Assembly (NCBI GenBank): GCA_903831305.1
Contig: CAIKXE010000002.1
Location: 15,934 to 79,933 of the forward strand
From: an uncultured bacterium
GTDB lineage: Bacteria > Patescibacteriota > Minisyncoccia > Phycocordibacterales > GWA1-40-21
Reading direction: 5' to 3'
Length of the DNA: 64,000 nt
The position numbers and the translations under genes are program-made. This document shows positions 49,427 through 61,653 of the stretch, piece after piece. The notes beneath the pieces were generated by a model. The model made no database searches. It saw only the letters and a list, made by a program, of their open reading frames with translations, and was not told the DNA's origin. Position 1 is the first letter of the stretch. The number at the start of each line of letters is the position of its first letter.

Positions 49427-50812
49427 ATGGATTATAAAGAAAAATTAAGAGAAATTCTGAGTGTAAAGTTTGATAATGCCTTTGGTTTAGACATTGGTGA
49501 TGGCTCCGTGGAGATTATTCAGTTGCAAAAGTTTTTTCGCTACTCTATTACCACTTATGGTCGGGAAGAATTGTCAGCGGGAGTTGTAGAAAACGGCCGA
49601 ATCCTTGATCCTAATGCTCTGGCGGAGAGCCTTAAAAAGTTGCTTCGCAACGCCAAGCCCAAGAGAGTGTCCACTAACAAGGTGATTGTTTCCTTGCCAG
49701 AGTCTCAGGTCTTTACAAATTCTTTTGAAGTTGATTCCAAGCTTAAGGCCGGAGCTTTATCAAATGTTATTTTAGAAAAAGTTGGCCTTTCAATGCTTGT
49801 TAATGTGGATAAAACATATTGGGATTATATGGTCAGTCCTTTGCCGGACAAGACAAAAAAACTGGTGACTTTTTTCTGTGTTCCAAAGGAGATCGCAAAT
49901 AGTTATGTCAAATTTTGTAATTCTATCGGGCTTGAGGTGGTGTCCCTCTGTCTGGAGCCACTAAGTTTGGCTAGAGTCATTTTAAAAAGTGCTTCTAGAC
50001 AAAGCCTGATAATTGATATCGGTTCTGGTGCTACCAACCTTAATTTTTTTGATAGTAATGATAAGTTAAATGTCTCTATTACTTTGCCGGTTGCGGGAGA
50101 GCAAATGACCAAGGCTATAATGGATAGGTTAAAAATAGAGAGGGACGAGGCAGAGACATTAAAGGTCAAATTTGGTTTTCAAGATGTACCAGAAAACACC
50201 ATTCGCCCTATTATCCAGCCCGTTTTTGAGGATATCATGTCTGAGATAAAAAGCGCTATTACTTACTATGAGGAATCATTTAAACAAAAGCTAGATGATA
50301 TTTACCTTATTGGTGGCTCGGCTCTTTTGCCGGGGTTATTAGAGGCAATGCGCGTGGGTTTGGCAAGGACAGTTGTTTTTGGTGCTTGTACCCATAATAT
50401 TGATTTTACAGTTATGACTGGTAAAAATAATCAGTTTGTTTTATTTGCCAATGTTTTAGGTTTGGGGATACTTGGCTCAAGCACTGGGTATCGGGACATT
50501 AACTTTTTAAAGAAGATGCCACGAGTAGAGTCAAATTCAGTAAATAAGCTTAATCTGCTAAAATTAGGATATCTGAGTAAAGTGAATACCTTGCGTACCA
50601 TTATGAATAATAAGTTGATTTTGATATTGATGATCGCCGTAATTGCCACCATTTTTTACTTTATGCTTTTACAGATAGAAAGTTATGAAAAGAAATTGGT
50701 AGAAGAAAATACCTTGAGTGAGGTGTTACTACCTTCACCGGTAAGCCGTGGTGGAGTTTTGTCTACTAGTACTGAGGCAAACATTATTAGCACCTCAACC
50801 ATAATCAAATGA
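49427..50812 (+). CDS. PilM-like protein with C-terminal membrane extension
   Basis: FGLDIGD, IDIGSGAT, LIGGSA, then DINFL and a TM helix. Confidence 0.85.
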   Translation: MDYKEKLREILSVKFDNAFGLDIGDGSVEIIQLQKFFRYSITTYGREELSAGVVENGRILDPNALAESLKKLLRNAKPKRVSTNKVIVSLPESQVFTNSFEVDSKLKAGALSNVILEKVGLSMLVNVDKTYWDYMVSPLPDKTKKLVTFFCVPKEIANSYVKFCNSIGLEVVSLCLEPLSLARVILKSASRQSLIIDIGSGATNLNFFDSNDKLNVSITLPVAGEQMTKAIMDRLKIERDEAETLKVKFGFQDVPENTIRPIIQPVFEDIMSEIKSAITYYEESFKQKLDDIYLIGGSALLPGLLEAMRVGLARTVVFGACTHNIDFTVMTGKNNQFVLFANVLGLGILGSSTGYRDINFLKKMPRVESNSVNKLNLLKLGYLSKVNTLRTIMNNKLILILMIAVIATIFYFMLLQIESYEKKLVEENTLSEVLLPSPVSRGGVLSTSTEANIISTSTIIK

Positions 50813-51978
50813 CTAATACCCTAAAAAACAACGGTTTGTTTTCGGTTTATCTTCTGGGTTTCCTTTTTGCTTTTCATACGGCTCTTCCGACCTATATTAA
50901 CTCCAGTTTTTTGAACACTTTTATTTCTGAGAAAATGATCGGAATTATTTATATTATTGCTTCTATTTTTACCATCTGCTGTTTTTTATTTATGCCTCTG
51001 GTTCTAAAAAAGTTTGGTAATTATCACACGGCCCTGTTTTTAATTTTTGTAGAAATTTTGGTTTTACTGGGCTTGTCATTCTTTGATTCCTTTTCATGGC
51101 TAATCCCTCTTTTTATTGCAAATTTAGTGGCCATTCCGCTTATTTATTTTTCTACGGATATATTTTTAGAGGGTTATTCTAGTAACCGCGCCACTGGTAG
51201 AATCCGGGGTATATATCTCACCTCAGTGAATCTAGCGTGGGCCATATCACCACTTGTGAGTGGTTTGATTTTGGTTGAGGGTGACTATTCAAGGATATAT
51301 TTTGCTTCTTTTATTTTTATGTTGCCGGTGCTACTTATTTTGGTGTCTCGGCTCAAGCGGTTTAAGGACTCGCCGTATGAGGCTACCCATGTTTGGCAGA
51401 CGATCAAAGTTATTTCTCGGAGTAGAGATTTGCGGAATATTTTTATGGCTAATTGGTTTTTGTTTTTCTTTTATTCCTTGATGACTATTTATACTCCGCT
51501 TTATTTGTCAAAAAATATTGGTTTCTCATGGGGGGAGATCGGTATTACTTTTAGTATTATGCTTTTGCCATTTGTTCTATTCCAATTTATTCTGGGTCGC
51601 TTGGCTGACAAAAAATGGGGGGAGAAGGAGATGCTTTCTTTAGGCTTTATTATTATTGCTATTTCCACCAGTTTGATTTCTTTTATTACAGACAAAAATA
51701 TAGTACTGTGGGCCACCATATTGTTTGTTACGCGTATTGGTGCCAGTATTATAGAGGTGATGTGTGACACTTATTTTTTCAAAAAGGTAGATAGCTTGAA
51801 TGCCAATATAATTAGTTTCTTTAGGATGTCTAACCCCATTGCTTACATCGTGGCTCCACTTTTTGCGGTTATCATGCTTAATTTCTTTTCTCTGGAACTC
51901 CAGTATCTTTTCTTGGCCCTGGGCCTGATTATGTTTATTGGTCTTAAATTTAGCTTATCATTAGAAGATACCAAATAA
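50809..51978 (+). CDS. MFS transporter
   Basis: About 12 TM segments; GRLADKKWGEK. Confidence 0.88.
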   Translation: MTNTLKNNGLFSVYLLGFLFAFHTALPTYINSSFLNTFISEKMIGIIYIIASIFTICCFLFMPLVLKKFGNYHTALFLIFVEILVLLGLSFFDSFSWLIPLFIANLVAIPLIYFSTDIFLEGYSSNRATGRIRGIYLTSVNLAWAISPLVSGLILVEGDYSRIYFASFIFMLPVLLILVSRLKRFKDSPYEATHVWQTIKVISRSRDLRNIFMANWFLFFFYSLMTIYTPLYLSKNIGFSWGEIGITFSIMLLPFVLFQFILGRLADKKWGEKEMLSLGFIIIAISTSLISFITDKNIVLWATILFVTRIGASIIEVMCDTYFFKKVDSLNANIISFFRMSNPIAYIVAPLFAVIMLNFFSLELQYLFLALGLIMFIGLKFSLSLEDTK

Positions 51979-52034
51979 GCTCTTAGCTATCTTTAGGTGT
52001 TGCTTTTATCGTATTTATATGTATAATTGTCCAC

Positions 52035-52718
52035 ATGTTTAAATTACACGTTGAAAAGAGGGATTTAAAAGAGGCTTTGGTGCCATTGCGTGAATCTGGT
52101 AAGGTACCAGCCGTTTTTTACGGCCCTAAGGAACCGTCAACCGCTATTAAAATGACTTTGTCAGATTTTAAAAAAGCTTGGAAAAGCGCCGGTGAATCCA
52201 CTGTGGTATCACTCGAGGGTAACGGTATTCTAGCTGAGGTTTTGATCCATGATGTGGACCTTGATCCTGTGACTGATGTCCCTATCCATGTAGATTTTTA
52301 TGCCATTGAAAAAGGTAAAAAACTGACTGTGGATGTGCCTCTAGAATTCATCGGTGTCTCACCAGCCGTTAAAGAGCTTGGAGCCGTGCTCGTCAAGGTA
52401 CTTCATGATGTGGAGATTGAGGCCTTACCAAAGGATTTACCGCACAAATTAGAAGTGGATATTGCTAGCCTGGTTACCTTTGATAGTGTGTTGACCGCCA
52501 AGGATATCAAATTACCAGAGGGTGTTGCTCTTAAAATAAAATTGGATGAAGTTATTGCCTCAGTGTATGAGCCAAAGGAAGAGGTGGTGGAAGCCGCTCT
52601 AGTGGATCTTTCTGCTATTGAGGTAGAGAAGAAGGGTAAGGAGGCTAAGGAAGGAGAGGCTGGTGCTGAAGTAGCTGATGCCCCAGAGAAGAAGGATGAA
52701 AAGAAAGACAAGAAATAA
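52035..52718 (+). CDS. rplY: 50S ribosomal protein L25/Ctc
   Basis: G.VPAVFYG, HVDFY, ALP.DLP; acidic tail. Confidence 0.95.
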   Translation: MFKLHVEKRDLKEALVPLRESGKVPAVFYGPKEPSTAIKMTLSDFKKAWKSAGESTVVSLEGNGILAEVLIHDVDLDPVTDVPIHVDFYAIEKGKKLTVDVPLEFIGVSPAVKELGAVLVKVLHDVEIEALPKDLPHKLEVDIASLVTFDSVLTAKDIKLPEGVALKIKLDEVIASVYEPKEEVVEAALVDLSAIEVEKKGKEAKEGEAGAEVADAPEKKDEKKDKK

Positions 52719-52762
52719 TTCAGACCGGGCTAAAACCTAAAATTTATGCTAAAATAACAGTG

Positions 52763-54181
52763 ATGAACAAATTTGTCACTGTTATTTTAATTTTGTTAAT
52801 TTTATTTTTAGGCTTTTTTGGTTTAAAAAATGTTTCTTGGGCGGAGACACAATCATGCCCAGCGGGTATGGCTATTTCTGAGTGCTCAAGATTAATGGCT
52901 GAATATGATGCCTTGCAAAAGGAAATTGCCGAATGGCAAAAGGTATTAGATGAGACAAAAGCTAAAAAAAGCACTTTGCAGGGAGATGTGACTATTTTAA
53001 ACGCTCAGATAGCTAAAGCCGAGAAGGAGATAAAACAGCGCACCATCACGGTCACTACTTTGACGTCAGAAATAAATCAAAAAGTGAAGAATATCAGCTC
53101 CTTGGAAACGCGGATTGAGAATGACCGGAATCTTTTGGCTAATCTATTAAAAAAGAAGGATCAAAATGAAGTGGAGCCTATTTTTTATCTTTTACTTTCA
53201 TCTCAAGATTTGGCTAATATGATTGTGGATGTGGACAATGTGCAAATGGTTAATAAGGGTCTACAGGATTTGTTTGCGGAGTTGCGTGATGTGAAAGCTT
53301 TAACTCAAAAGGAAAAGGAAGCTTTAGCTGTTAAAAAAGATCAAGAGCTTGATGCTCAATATGAAGTAGAGCAAAAAAAGAAGCAAATTAGCCAAAACCA
53401 AATACAGAAAAAAGAGCTTTTGACTATCACGACGAAAGTTGAGTCTAATTATCAAGCCGTACTATCAGAGCGGCAGCGTCAGGCAGAGGTGATCAGAAGT
53501 GCTTTGTTTGATTTACGTGATACGACCGGTATTTCCTTTGCTAAAGCTTTGGAGTATGCCACTTATGCTGGTGAAAAAACGGGGGTTCGACCAGCCATTA
53601 TTTTAGCAATTTTGTCACAGGAATCAGACCTGGGGAAAAACATTGGTTCCTGCTACGTGTCTGACTTAATCACCGGGAATGGTGTGGGTAAGAACACCGG
53701 GACAAAGTTTGAACGAGTGATGTATGCTCCACTACCTGGATCTACCAGTAATCGTCCAAGTGACACGGCTTATTTTGAGCAAATTACTAAGGAGCTCGGA
53801 TTGACTTGGGCCACAACCCCTGTTTCTTGTCCGCCGGGGGCTACTTATTATGTAGGTAGAGGCTTTGGTGGTGGTATGGGTCCGACTCAGTTTATTCCTT
53901 CGACTTGGGCTGGTTTTGTATCACGCCTGAAGAACACTTTAGGGGTTTCGACTCCTAACCCATGGGATCCCAAGCACGCTATCATGGCAACCGCTATATA
54001 TATCTCTGATTTGGGTGCCGGAACACAGACCTACACGGCTGAACGAAATGCCGCCTGTAAATATTATTCCGGCTCGGTTTGTACGCCTGGGCGCAAACCC
54101 GCTAACACTTTTTATGGTGATCAGGTGATTGCTAAGGCGGAGAAATTTCAAGCCGATATTGATTTCTTAAAAAATATTTAA
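52763..54181 (+). CDS. Secreted coiled-coil protein with lytic transglycosylase-like domain
   Basis: Signal/TM, long coiled coil, AILSQES, GGMGPTQFIPSTW, NPWDP. Confidence 0.85.
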   Translation: MNKFVTVILILLILFLGFFGLKNVSWAETQSCPAGMAISECSRLMAEYDALQKEIAEWQKVLDETKAKKSTLQGDVTILNAQIAKAEKEIKQRTITVTTLTSEINQKVKNISSLETRIENDRNLLANLLKKKDQNEVEPIFYLLLSSQDLANMIVDVDNVQMVNKGLQDLFAELRDVKALTQKEKEALAVKKDQELDAQYEVEQKKKQISQNQIQKKELLTITTKVESNYQAVLSERQRQAEVIRSALFDLRDTTGISFAKALEYATYAGEKTGVRPAIILAILSQESDLGKNIGSCYVSDLITGNGVGKNTGTKFERVMYAPLPGSTSNRPSDTAYFEQITKELGLTWATTPVSCPPGATYYVGRGFGGGMGPTQFIPSTWAGFVSRLKNTLGVSTPNPWDPKHAIMATAIYISDLGAGTQTYTAERNAACKYYSGSVCTPGRKPANTFYGDQVIAKAEKFQADIDFLKNI

Positions 54182-54273
54182 AAGCTATTTTGACTATTGG
54201 GCCTTTTTAGTATAATCTTAAATCAGAATAGAGTTCTTATTATATTGGTTAAACAAAAGACAGGGGAGACGAG

Positions 54274-54738
54274 ATGATAGTTAATTGTGGTTCTCAGGAT
54301 GGCTACGGTTTTGAAAGAGAGGCCTTTGGTATTGCTTCACCAGATGTGGATGAGCGCCTTCGGTCTGAGCGGGTTCGTTCCTTCACTGAAGCTATACAAA
54401 AGGTTATGCGGTGTCAACATTTTCTGGACTGGAACCCTAGGAAACCGAAGACGCCACTGATACAGAGTCTCTTCCGGCGGGTGGCTCACGGCTTACGAGA
54501 TCATCGGGATTTGCGTTTTTACATCTCGGTCGGTACCTGGCTTGATCCCATGGGCGTTGATTGCTTTTTTGAACATCAAGATCGAGTCGTCACTATTGAC
54601 CTGACCGTCCGGCCCTTCAAACATGATCTGCGGGCAGATTTTCTGCTTTCGCGCCTAGATTTTGTGTTGGACTGCCATTATCAGTTGGCGGATCGGATGG
54701 CCAAAAAACTGTCCAGAAGACAGAAACTGGTTGCCTAG
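54274..54738 (+). CDS. Hypothetical protein
   Basis: 154-aa stand-alone ORF with GGGGAG upstream and 3' hairpin. Confidence 0.6.
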   Translation: MIVNCGSQDGYGFEREAFGIASPDVDERLRSERVRSFTEAIQKVMRCQHFLDWNPRKPKTPLIQSLFRRVAHGLRDHRDLRFYISVGTWLDPMGVDCFFEHQDRVVTIDLTVRPFKHDLRADFLLSRLDFVLDCHYQLADRMAKKLSRRQKLVA

Positions 54739-54748
54739 AAAAAGGAAT

Positions 54749-54782
54749 GGACCGCGCTTGCCAGATGTGGCAGGGGCGGTCC
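54749..54782 (+). terminator. GC-rich hairpin, possible terminator
   Basis: ggaccgc..tgcca/tggca..gcggtcc. Confidence 0.5.
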
Positions 54783-54902
54783 TTAAAGTTTATATTTAGT
54801 TATTTTTGACAAAATAGAGTTTATTAAATCTGTTATGGCTTGTGACTAAACAAAAGGCAAAAATATGATAAAATACGGCTTCTCTTATTTATAAATTATT
54901 AG

Positions 54903-56210
<1,308 letters not shown>

Positions 56211-56214
56211 ATTA

Positions 56215-57756
56215 ATGTTAAGTCCGGAAATTAAAAAACCTGTGGCTTTGATTGTGCTTGACGGCTGGGGATATCGGGAAGAGAAAGAGCACAATGCTAT
56301 TGCTGAGGCCAAAACCCCTTTCTTTGATGAGCTGTGGCGGGATTATCCGCATTCCTTGCTGGAGGCTAGTGGTTTGGCGGTGGGATTACCAGAAGGACAA
56401 ATGGGTAATAGCGAAGTGGGGCATACTACTATTGGCGCTGGTAAAACGGTTTTTACTGATCTGGTGCGAATCAGTGAATCAGCCAAAAGGGGTGGGTTTG
56501 GTGATAACGAAGCTTTACAGAAATTATTTTCTCATGCTGTAAAAAATAATTCTACCCTGCATCTCTTAGGGCTTATTGGTACTGGCGGAGTGCATGCACA
56601 TAGTGATCATCTGATAGCCGTACTAAAATCAGCCAAAGAGGCCGGGGTAAAAAGAGTAGCGATCCACGCCTTTGCGGATGGCCGAGATACGCCACCAGAA
56701 AGTGCCGGCGGTTATTTAGTGGACTTAGAAAAAGTCCTAGTAGATTTAGATTACGGCTTTATCTCTACTCTGGCCGGCCGGTATTATGCCATGGACCGAG
56801 ATAATAATTGGGACCGTTTGGTGAAGGCCGAGCAAGCAATTTTCACTGGAGCCGGGATGCAAGCTGGTAATCAGAGGGCCTCAGTGGTGGCTAAATTATT
56901 TTATTCTAAAGGGAAGACGGATGAGCACTTTGAACCGGTAGTGTTTCTGGATCAGACCGGACAAAAGGAAACAATAAAAGAAAATGATGCCGTCTTTTTC
57001 TTTAATTTCCGAGCAGATCGAGCTAGGATGCTGGCGCAGAAAATAATGGAATATGCCGTCGGTAAAAATATCTTATTTGGAACTATGACGCAGTATGATA
57101 AAAGTTTTGCTTGCCCGAACCCTGATGGTACTAGGGCTTGTCTGGTAGCTTTTTCACCAACCGTCATTGAAACGACTCTGGCTAAAGAAATATCAAAGGC
57201 CGGCCTATCCCAGGCCCATATTGCCGAGACGGAGAAATTTGCTCATGCCACATACTTTTTAAATGGCGGAGAAGAAAAGCCTTATCCTAAAGAGGAGCAT
57301 ATTCTCGTACCGAGCCGGAAAGATGTACCAACTCATGATTTGGCTCCAGAGATGATGGCTGAGGAAATTGCTAATAAGGCGATTATGGAAATAAACAAAG
57401 GAACTGATTTTATTTTTATTAACTTTGCCAATGCGGATATGGTGGGCCATACGGCGAATAAGGAGGCCATAATTAAAGGAATAGAGAGGGTAGATTTAGA
57501 ATTAAAAAGAGTAGTACTGTCTATCCAAGAAAAAGGCGGAGTGGCTTTTATTACAGCTGATCATGGTAATGCCGAAATAAATGTAGATACTAAAACGGGG
57601 GAGAAACACACGGCTCATACCTTGAGTCCGGTACCGTTTATTATTACGGATAAAACAAAAACGTTAAAAAATGGCACTTTAGCGCAAATCACCCCGACAA
57701 TATTGAAGATTCTGGGTATTGAAAAGCCGGATATAATGACCACGAGTCTCTTTTAG
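56215..57756 (+). CDS. gpmI: 2,3-BPG-independent phosphoglycerate mutase
   Basis: LDGWG, MGNSEVGH, GRYYAMDRD, ADHGNAE. Confidence 0.97.
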   Translation: MLSPEIKKPVALIVLDGWGYREEKEHNAIAEAKTPFFDELWRDYPHSLLEASGLAVGLPEGQMGNSEVGHTTIGAGKTVFTDLVRISESAKRGGFGDNEALQKLFSHAVKNNSTLHLLGLIGTGGVHAHSDHLIAVLKSAKEAGVKRVAIHAFADGRDTPPESAGGYLVDLEKVLVDLDYGFISTLAGRYYAMDRDNNWDRLVKAEQAIFTGAGMQAGNQRASVVAKLFYSKGKTDEHFEPVVFLDQTGQKETIKENDAVFFFNFRADRARMLAQKIMEYAVGKNILFGTMTQYDKSFACPNPDGTRACLVAFSPTVIETTLAKEISKAGLSQAHIAETEKFAHATYFLNGGEEKPYPKEEHILVPSRKDVPTHDLAPEMMAEEIANKAIMEINKGTDFIFINFANADMVGHTANKEAIIKGIERVDLELKRVVLSIQEKGGVAFITADHGNAEINVDTKTGEKHTAHTLSPVPFIITDKTKTLKNGTLAQITPTILKILGIEKPDIMTTSLF

Positions 57757-57834
57757 ATTAGATTTGTTTATGTTATTATTAGCTTATATCAGGCTTAATT
57801 AATAATCTCTCGAAAACTCGAGATAAATAAAAAT

Positions 57835-58251
57835 ATGTTTAAAAAAATAGCGCAATTTTTTGATAAGCTGGAGGATCGGGTGAGGGCCAGGCTCAGCCAC
57901 CGGTCCATCCTTTATGCTTTGATTGGCGGTACTTGTACTGTTCTTTTTTGGCGCGGGATTTGGCACTCCGCTGATATTTTAATGGTTCGGGGTGGGTTTT
58001 GGGGTGACTTTTTCTATGAGCCGACCTCTATCATTTGGACTTCAGTGATTCTTTTGATGACTGGCCTTTTTGTCTCAAACTTTATTGGAGAAAGAATTGT
58101 TATTTCCGGACTTAAGCGAGAGAAGAAAGTGACTGATAAAACAGAGTTGGAAGTCCAAGAGGAGGAGATAAGGATTAAGAGGTTGGAAGATAAAATGGAC
58201 ACACTGCTCAAAGAAATTTTAACCATAAAAGATGACTTGGCTAAAAAGTAA
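57835..58251 (+). CDS. Hypothetical membrane protein
   Basis: FDKLED, LFWRGIW, two TM segments and coiled coil. Confidence 0.75.
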   Translation: MFKKIAQFFDKLEDRVRARLSHRSILYALIGGTCTVLFWRGIWHSADILMVRGGFWGDFFYEPTSIIWTSVILLMTGLFVSNFIGERIVISGLKREKKVTDKTELEVQEEEIRIKRLEDKMDTLLKEILTIKDDLAKK

Positions 58252-59125
58252 AAAGACGGTCGCCGTTCACTCTGGTAATTTTCATGCTGATGACATTTTT
58301 TCGGTAGCTCTTTTATCACTATATCTTAAAGAGAAGGTAAAAATCATTAGAACGCGAGATGAGGCTGTCTATGGGCAGGCAGATTATGTTTTTGATATTG
58401 GGCAAGTTTATGAGCCCGAGCATAAACGGTTTGACCACCATCAGACGGGTGGAGCCGGTAATAGGGTAAATGGCATTCCTTATGCTACTTTTGGTTTATT
58501 GTGGAAGGAGTATGGGGAGAGTTTAACCGGTTCAAAGGAAGCTAGTGATATGATAGATAAAAAGCTTGTGGCTCCAACAGATGCTGATGATAACGCAGTG
58601 GATATTTGCGCAGATTTTACTTACGGTGTTAGGCCATACACTGTTTCGGACTATATTGTCTACCGTAATTCTATTTGTGAGGAAAAAGATCGTCAGATAG
58701 TTTTTGAAGAGCTTGTAGAGTGGGCCAAGAATATTGTTCAGATGGAAATTAAAGTTGCCAACAAGTTCCTGATTGACCGAGAGAAGATAGTGACCGTTTA
58801 TAATTCAACGACAGACAAAAGGCTGATTATTTTAGATGAAGATTATGAGGAAGTGCAGGTTCTTGCTGACTATCCGGAGCCTTTGTTTGTGGTCAGACCA
58901 GCGCCGGCTATCAGTGCTTGGAAGGTATACGCGGTCAAAGTGAAAGGAGAAAAATTTAAAAATCGGATTGATTTACCGGTTGCTTGGGGGAGTAAAAGGG
59001 GTGTGGAATTCGCCCAGGTTACTGGTGTGGCTGATGCCCTATATTGTCATCACCAGCTCTACATGGCGATTGCTAAATCTAAGGAAGGTGCTATCAAACT
59101 GGCCCAAATCGCTTTAGAAAAGTAA
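58232..59125 (+). CDS. MYG1 family exonuclease
   Basis: HSGNFHADD, RTRD, FDHHQ. Confidence 0.92.
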   Translation: MTWLKSKKTVAVHSGNFHADDIFSVALLSLYLKEKVKIIRTRDEAVYGQADYVFDIGQVYEPEHKRFDHHQTGGAGNRVNGIPYATFGLLWKEYGESLTGSKEASDMIDKKLVAPTDADDNAVDICADFTYGVRPYTVSDYIVYRNSICEEKDRQIVFEELVEWAKNIVQMEIKVANKFLIDREKIVTVYNSTTDKRLIILDEDYEEVQVLADYPEPLFVVRPAPAISAWKVYAVKVKGEKFKNRIDLPVAWGSKRGVEFAQVTGVADALYCHHQLYMAIAKSKEGAIKLAQIALEK

Positions 59126-59147
59126 GATAGTGTGTTAGTATCTATTT

Positions 59148-60116
59148 ATGGCATTTATTGATGAATTAAAATTGCATATTCGCGCCGGCCGGGGTGGTGA
59201 CGGTGTGGTGCGCTGGCTCCATGAAAAAGGCAAGGAATTTATGGGTCCGGCTGGTGGTAATGGTGGTCAAGGGGCCGATGTTTATGCTCGCGCTACGCGG
59301 GATATTGGTATTTTGAATAATTATAAAAACCTCAAGGAAATAGAAGCGCCGAAGGGTGGTGATGGTGGTAATAAGAGCTGTCATGGGGCCAACGGGGTGG
59401 ATTTATATTTGGATTTTCCGGTGGGTTCTGTTATTACCAATTTACAAACCGGGGGGAAAGTTTTTCTTGATAAAGAAGGGGAAACTAAACTATTGGCTCA
59501 GGGAGGTCGCGGGGGGATGGGTAATGAAAATTTCAAATCATCCACGAACCAGCGTCCAGAACAGTCTAGTCCGGGAAAACCGGGTGAAGAATTTGATTTT
59601 TATATTGAAGTAGAGCTTGTGGCGGATGCGGGACTCATCGGTTTGCCAAATGCCGGTAAATCCAGCTTGATCAATGAACTGACCAATGCAAAATCCAAAG
59701 TGGGAGCCTATCAGTTCACCACGCTTGAGCCAGCCTTGGGTGATATGTACGGTTTTATCTTGGCGGATTTGCCGGGGCTCATTGAGGGCGCCTCAGAAGG
59801 TAAGGGACTCGGTGATAAATTCCTCCGTCATATAAAAAGAACCAAGATTCTTTTCCACTGTTTGTCCCTGGAGAGCACTCGTCTGATTACAGATTATAAA
59901 ACTATTAGACGTGAGCTTAAGGCTTACAGTCAGGAATTGGCGGACAAGAAGGAAATACTCGTTTTAACTAAGACGGATATGCTGACGGAGAAGGAGCTTA
60001 AAGAGATAGTGAAAAAGCTTCACAAACTTAATCCAAATATTTTAACGGTGACCATTTTAGACGATGCTTCTGTTAAAAACCTCAAGGATAACCTGATCAA
60101 GATTTTACGAGGCTAG
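59148..60116 (+). CDS. obgE: GTPase ObgE
   Basis: Gly-rich Obg fold, GLPNAGKS, FTTL, DLPG. Confidence 0.96.
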   Translation: MAFIDELKLHIRAGRGGDGVVRWLHEKGKEFMGPAGGNGGQGADVYARATRDIGILNNYKNLKEIEAPKGGDGGNKSCHGANGVDLYLDFPVGSVITNLQTGGKVFLDKEGETKLLAQGGRGGMGNENFKSSTNQRPEQSSPGKPGEEFDFYIEVELVADAGLIGLPNAGKSSLINELTNAKSKVGAYQFTTLEPALGDMYGFILADLPGLIEGASEGKGLGDKFLRHIKRTKILFHCLSLESTRLITDYKTIRRELKAYSQELADKKEILVLTKTDMLTEKELKEIVKKLHKLNPNILTVTILDDASVKNLKDNLIKILRG

Positions 60117-60156
60117 GTTTGCTTTTTAGCTAATAATCTGCTAGAATTTTAAAACT

Positions 60157-60378
60157 ATGAAAAAAGATATACATCCAACATATTTTCCTAAGTCAGAGAC
60201 CACTTGTGCTTGTGGGGCTAAATTTAACGTCGGTTCTACCAAGGAGGCTATTGAGGTAGAAATCTGCGCAGTTTGCCACCCATTTTACACTGGTAATGAT
60301 AAGGTGCTTGATACCGCTGGCCGGGTGGAGAAGTTCAAAGCTCGCAAAGCCGCTGGAACCAAGAAAACCGCTAAATAG
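60157..60378 (+). CDS. rpmE: 50S ribosomal protein L31
   Basis: MKKDIHP, CACG, C..CHPFYTG. Confidence 0.97.
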   Translation: MKKDIHPTYFPKSETTCACGAKFNVGSTKEAIEVEICAVCHPFYTGNDKVLDTAGRVEKFKARKAAGTKKTAK

Positions 60379-60380
60379 CG

Positions 60381-60498
60381 AACTGGGAGTAGAATATTGT
60401 GTTTGTGAGCCTCTCGGAAGACGACGGTCTGAGAGTGAGAGATTTTTTCAGCAGAAAAAATACTCGTGCTCAAAAAACATAATATTCTACTCCCAGTT
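60381..60498. repeat. MITE-like element with 18-bp perfect terminal inverted repeats
   Basis: aactgggagtagaatatt / aatattctactcccagtt; internal attttttc-agca-gaaaaaat. Confidence 0.85.
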
Positions 60499-60521
60499 TT
60501 GTTTTATGCTACAATAATCAC

Positions 60522-61505
60522 ATGACAATAGAAGAATTCAAAAATAATAAAAAAACGGAATATCTGGCTGATGAGTATTTAAGACTAGATAAGGAAGAAA
60601 ACTCGGTTAAAGAAATGCTCACTGCTGACCCCAGTATGGCGGAGATGGCCGGTGAAGAACTGGCGACTTTGACGTCTCAAAAAGAAGTCCTCTGGAAGCA
60701 GATGGAAGAGATTTTGACTGAAGAAAAACAGGAAGAAGAATTCCCGAATGAAATAATTATGGAAGTGCGCGCCGGGGTGGGTGGGGATGAAGCGGCTTTG
60801 TTTGCCGAGGTACTCGCTAAAATGTATGCTGGTTATGCGGGGATTAAAAACTGGAGTTTTACCGCTATTGATGAATCCCGTAATGATTTGGGTGGTTATA
60901 AGGAAGCGTCATTTGAAATAAAAGGTTTGGGTGTATATAAGGAACTGCGTTATGAGACCGGGGTGCATAGGATACAAAGGATCCCCGAGACGGAGAAGAA
61001 TGGCCGGGTGCATACTTCTACTGCTTCCGTGGCCGTCTTACCGATCAGAAAAAAAAGCTCGGTGGAAATCAAACCATCGGACTTGCTGATTGAATTTTCC
61101 CGGGCTGGTGGTAAGGGTGGACAGAATGTGAACAAAGTGGAGACCGCCGTGCGCATAGTGCACAAGCCGACCGGTATTGAAGTGCGTTGTGTGGCCGAGC
61201 GTAGTCAGTCCAGGAACAAGGAAAAAGCCATGACTATTTTGACGGCTAAACTGGAGTTACAAAAGTCTGAAGCGGATGCGGCACAGTTTGCTAAAGAGAG
61301 AAAAGATCAGATCGGTACCGCCGACCGGTCAGAAAAAATCCGCACTTATAATGTTTTACAGGACCGGATCACGGATCACCGGGTCAAACAGTCTTGGTAT
61401 AATATTGAAAATATTTTAAATGGTGAAAAGGTGGGGGATTTGATCAAATATGTGGGGGAAAATATCGGCAAACCGGTGGATGGTAAGACTGAGGATGACG
61501 AGTAA
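60522..61505 (+). CDS. prfA: Peptide chain release factor 1
   Basis: HRIQRIPET (PxT), [16 protein letters not shown]. Confidence 0.96.
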   Translation: MTIEEFKNNKKTEYLADEYLRLDKEENSVKEMLTADPSMAEMAGEELATLTSQKEVLWKQMEEILTEEKQEEEFPNEIIMEVRAGVGGDEAALFAEVLAKMYAGYAGIKNWSFTAIDESRNDLGGYKEASFEIKGLGVYKELRYETGVHRIQRIPETEKNGRVHTSTASVAVLPIRKKSSVEIKPSDLLIEFSRAGGKGGQNVNKVETAVRIVHKPTGIEVRCVAERSQSRNKEKAMTILTAKLELQKSEADAAQFAKERKDQIGTADRSEKIRTYNVLQDRITDHRVKQSWYNIENILNGEKVGDLIKYVGENIGKPVDGKTEDDE

Positions 61506-61510
61506 AAAGT

Positions 61511-61539
61511 TTGACTTCTATAATAAAAAGGTGTATAAT
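61511..61539 (+). promoter_or_regulatory. Sigma70-type promoter
   Basis: TTGACT-17 nt-TATAAT. Confidence 0.75.
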
Positions 61540-61653
61540 AGTAGTTAGATAGTTACAAGATGTTTGTTAGCCGTAAATGAGCGGATGCTCGTTCGGCTGT
61601 GTGTCAGGTGGACACTGTCCAAGACTGGACAAGTCCAAAGTGGGAGAAGGACA

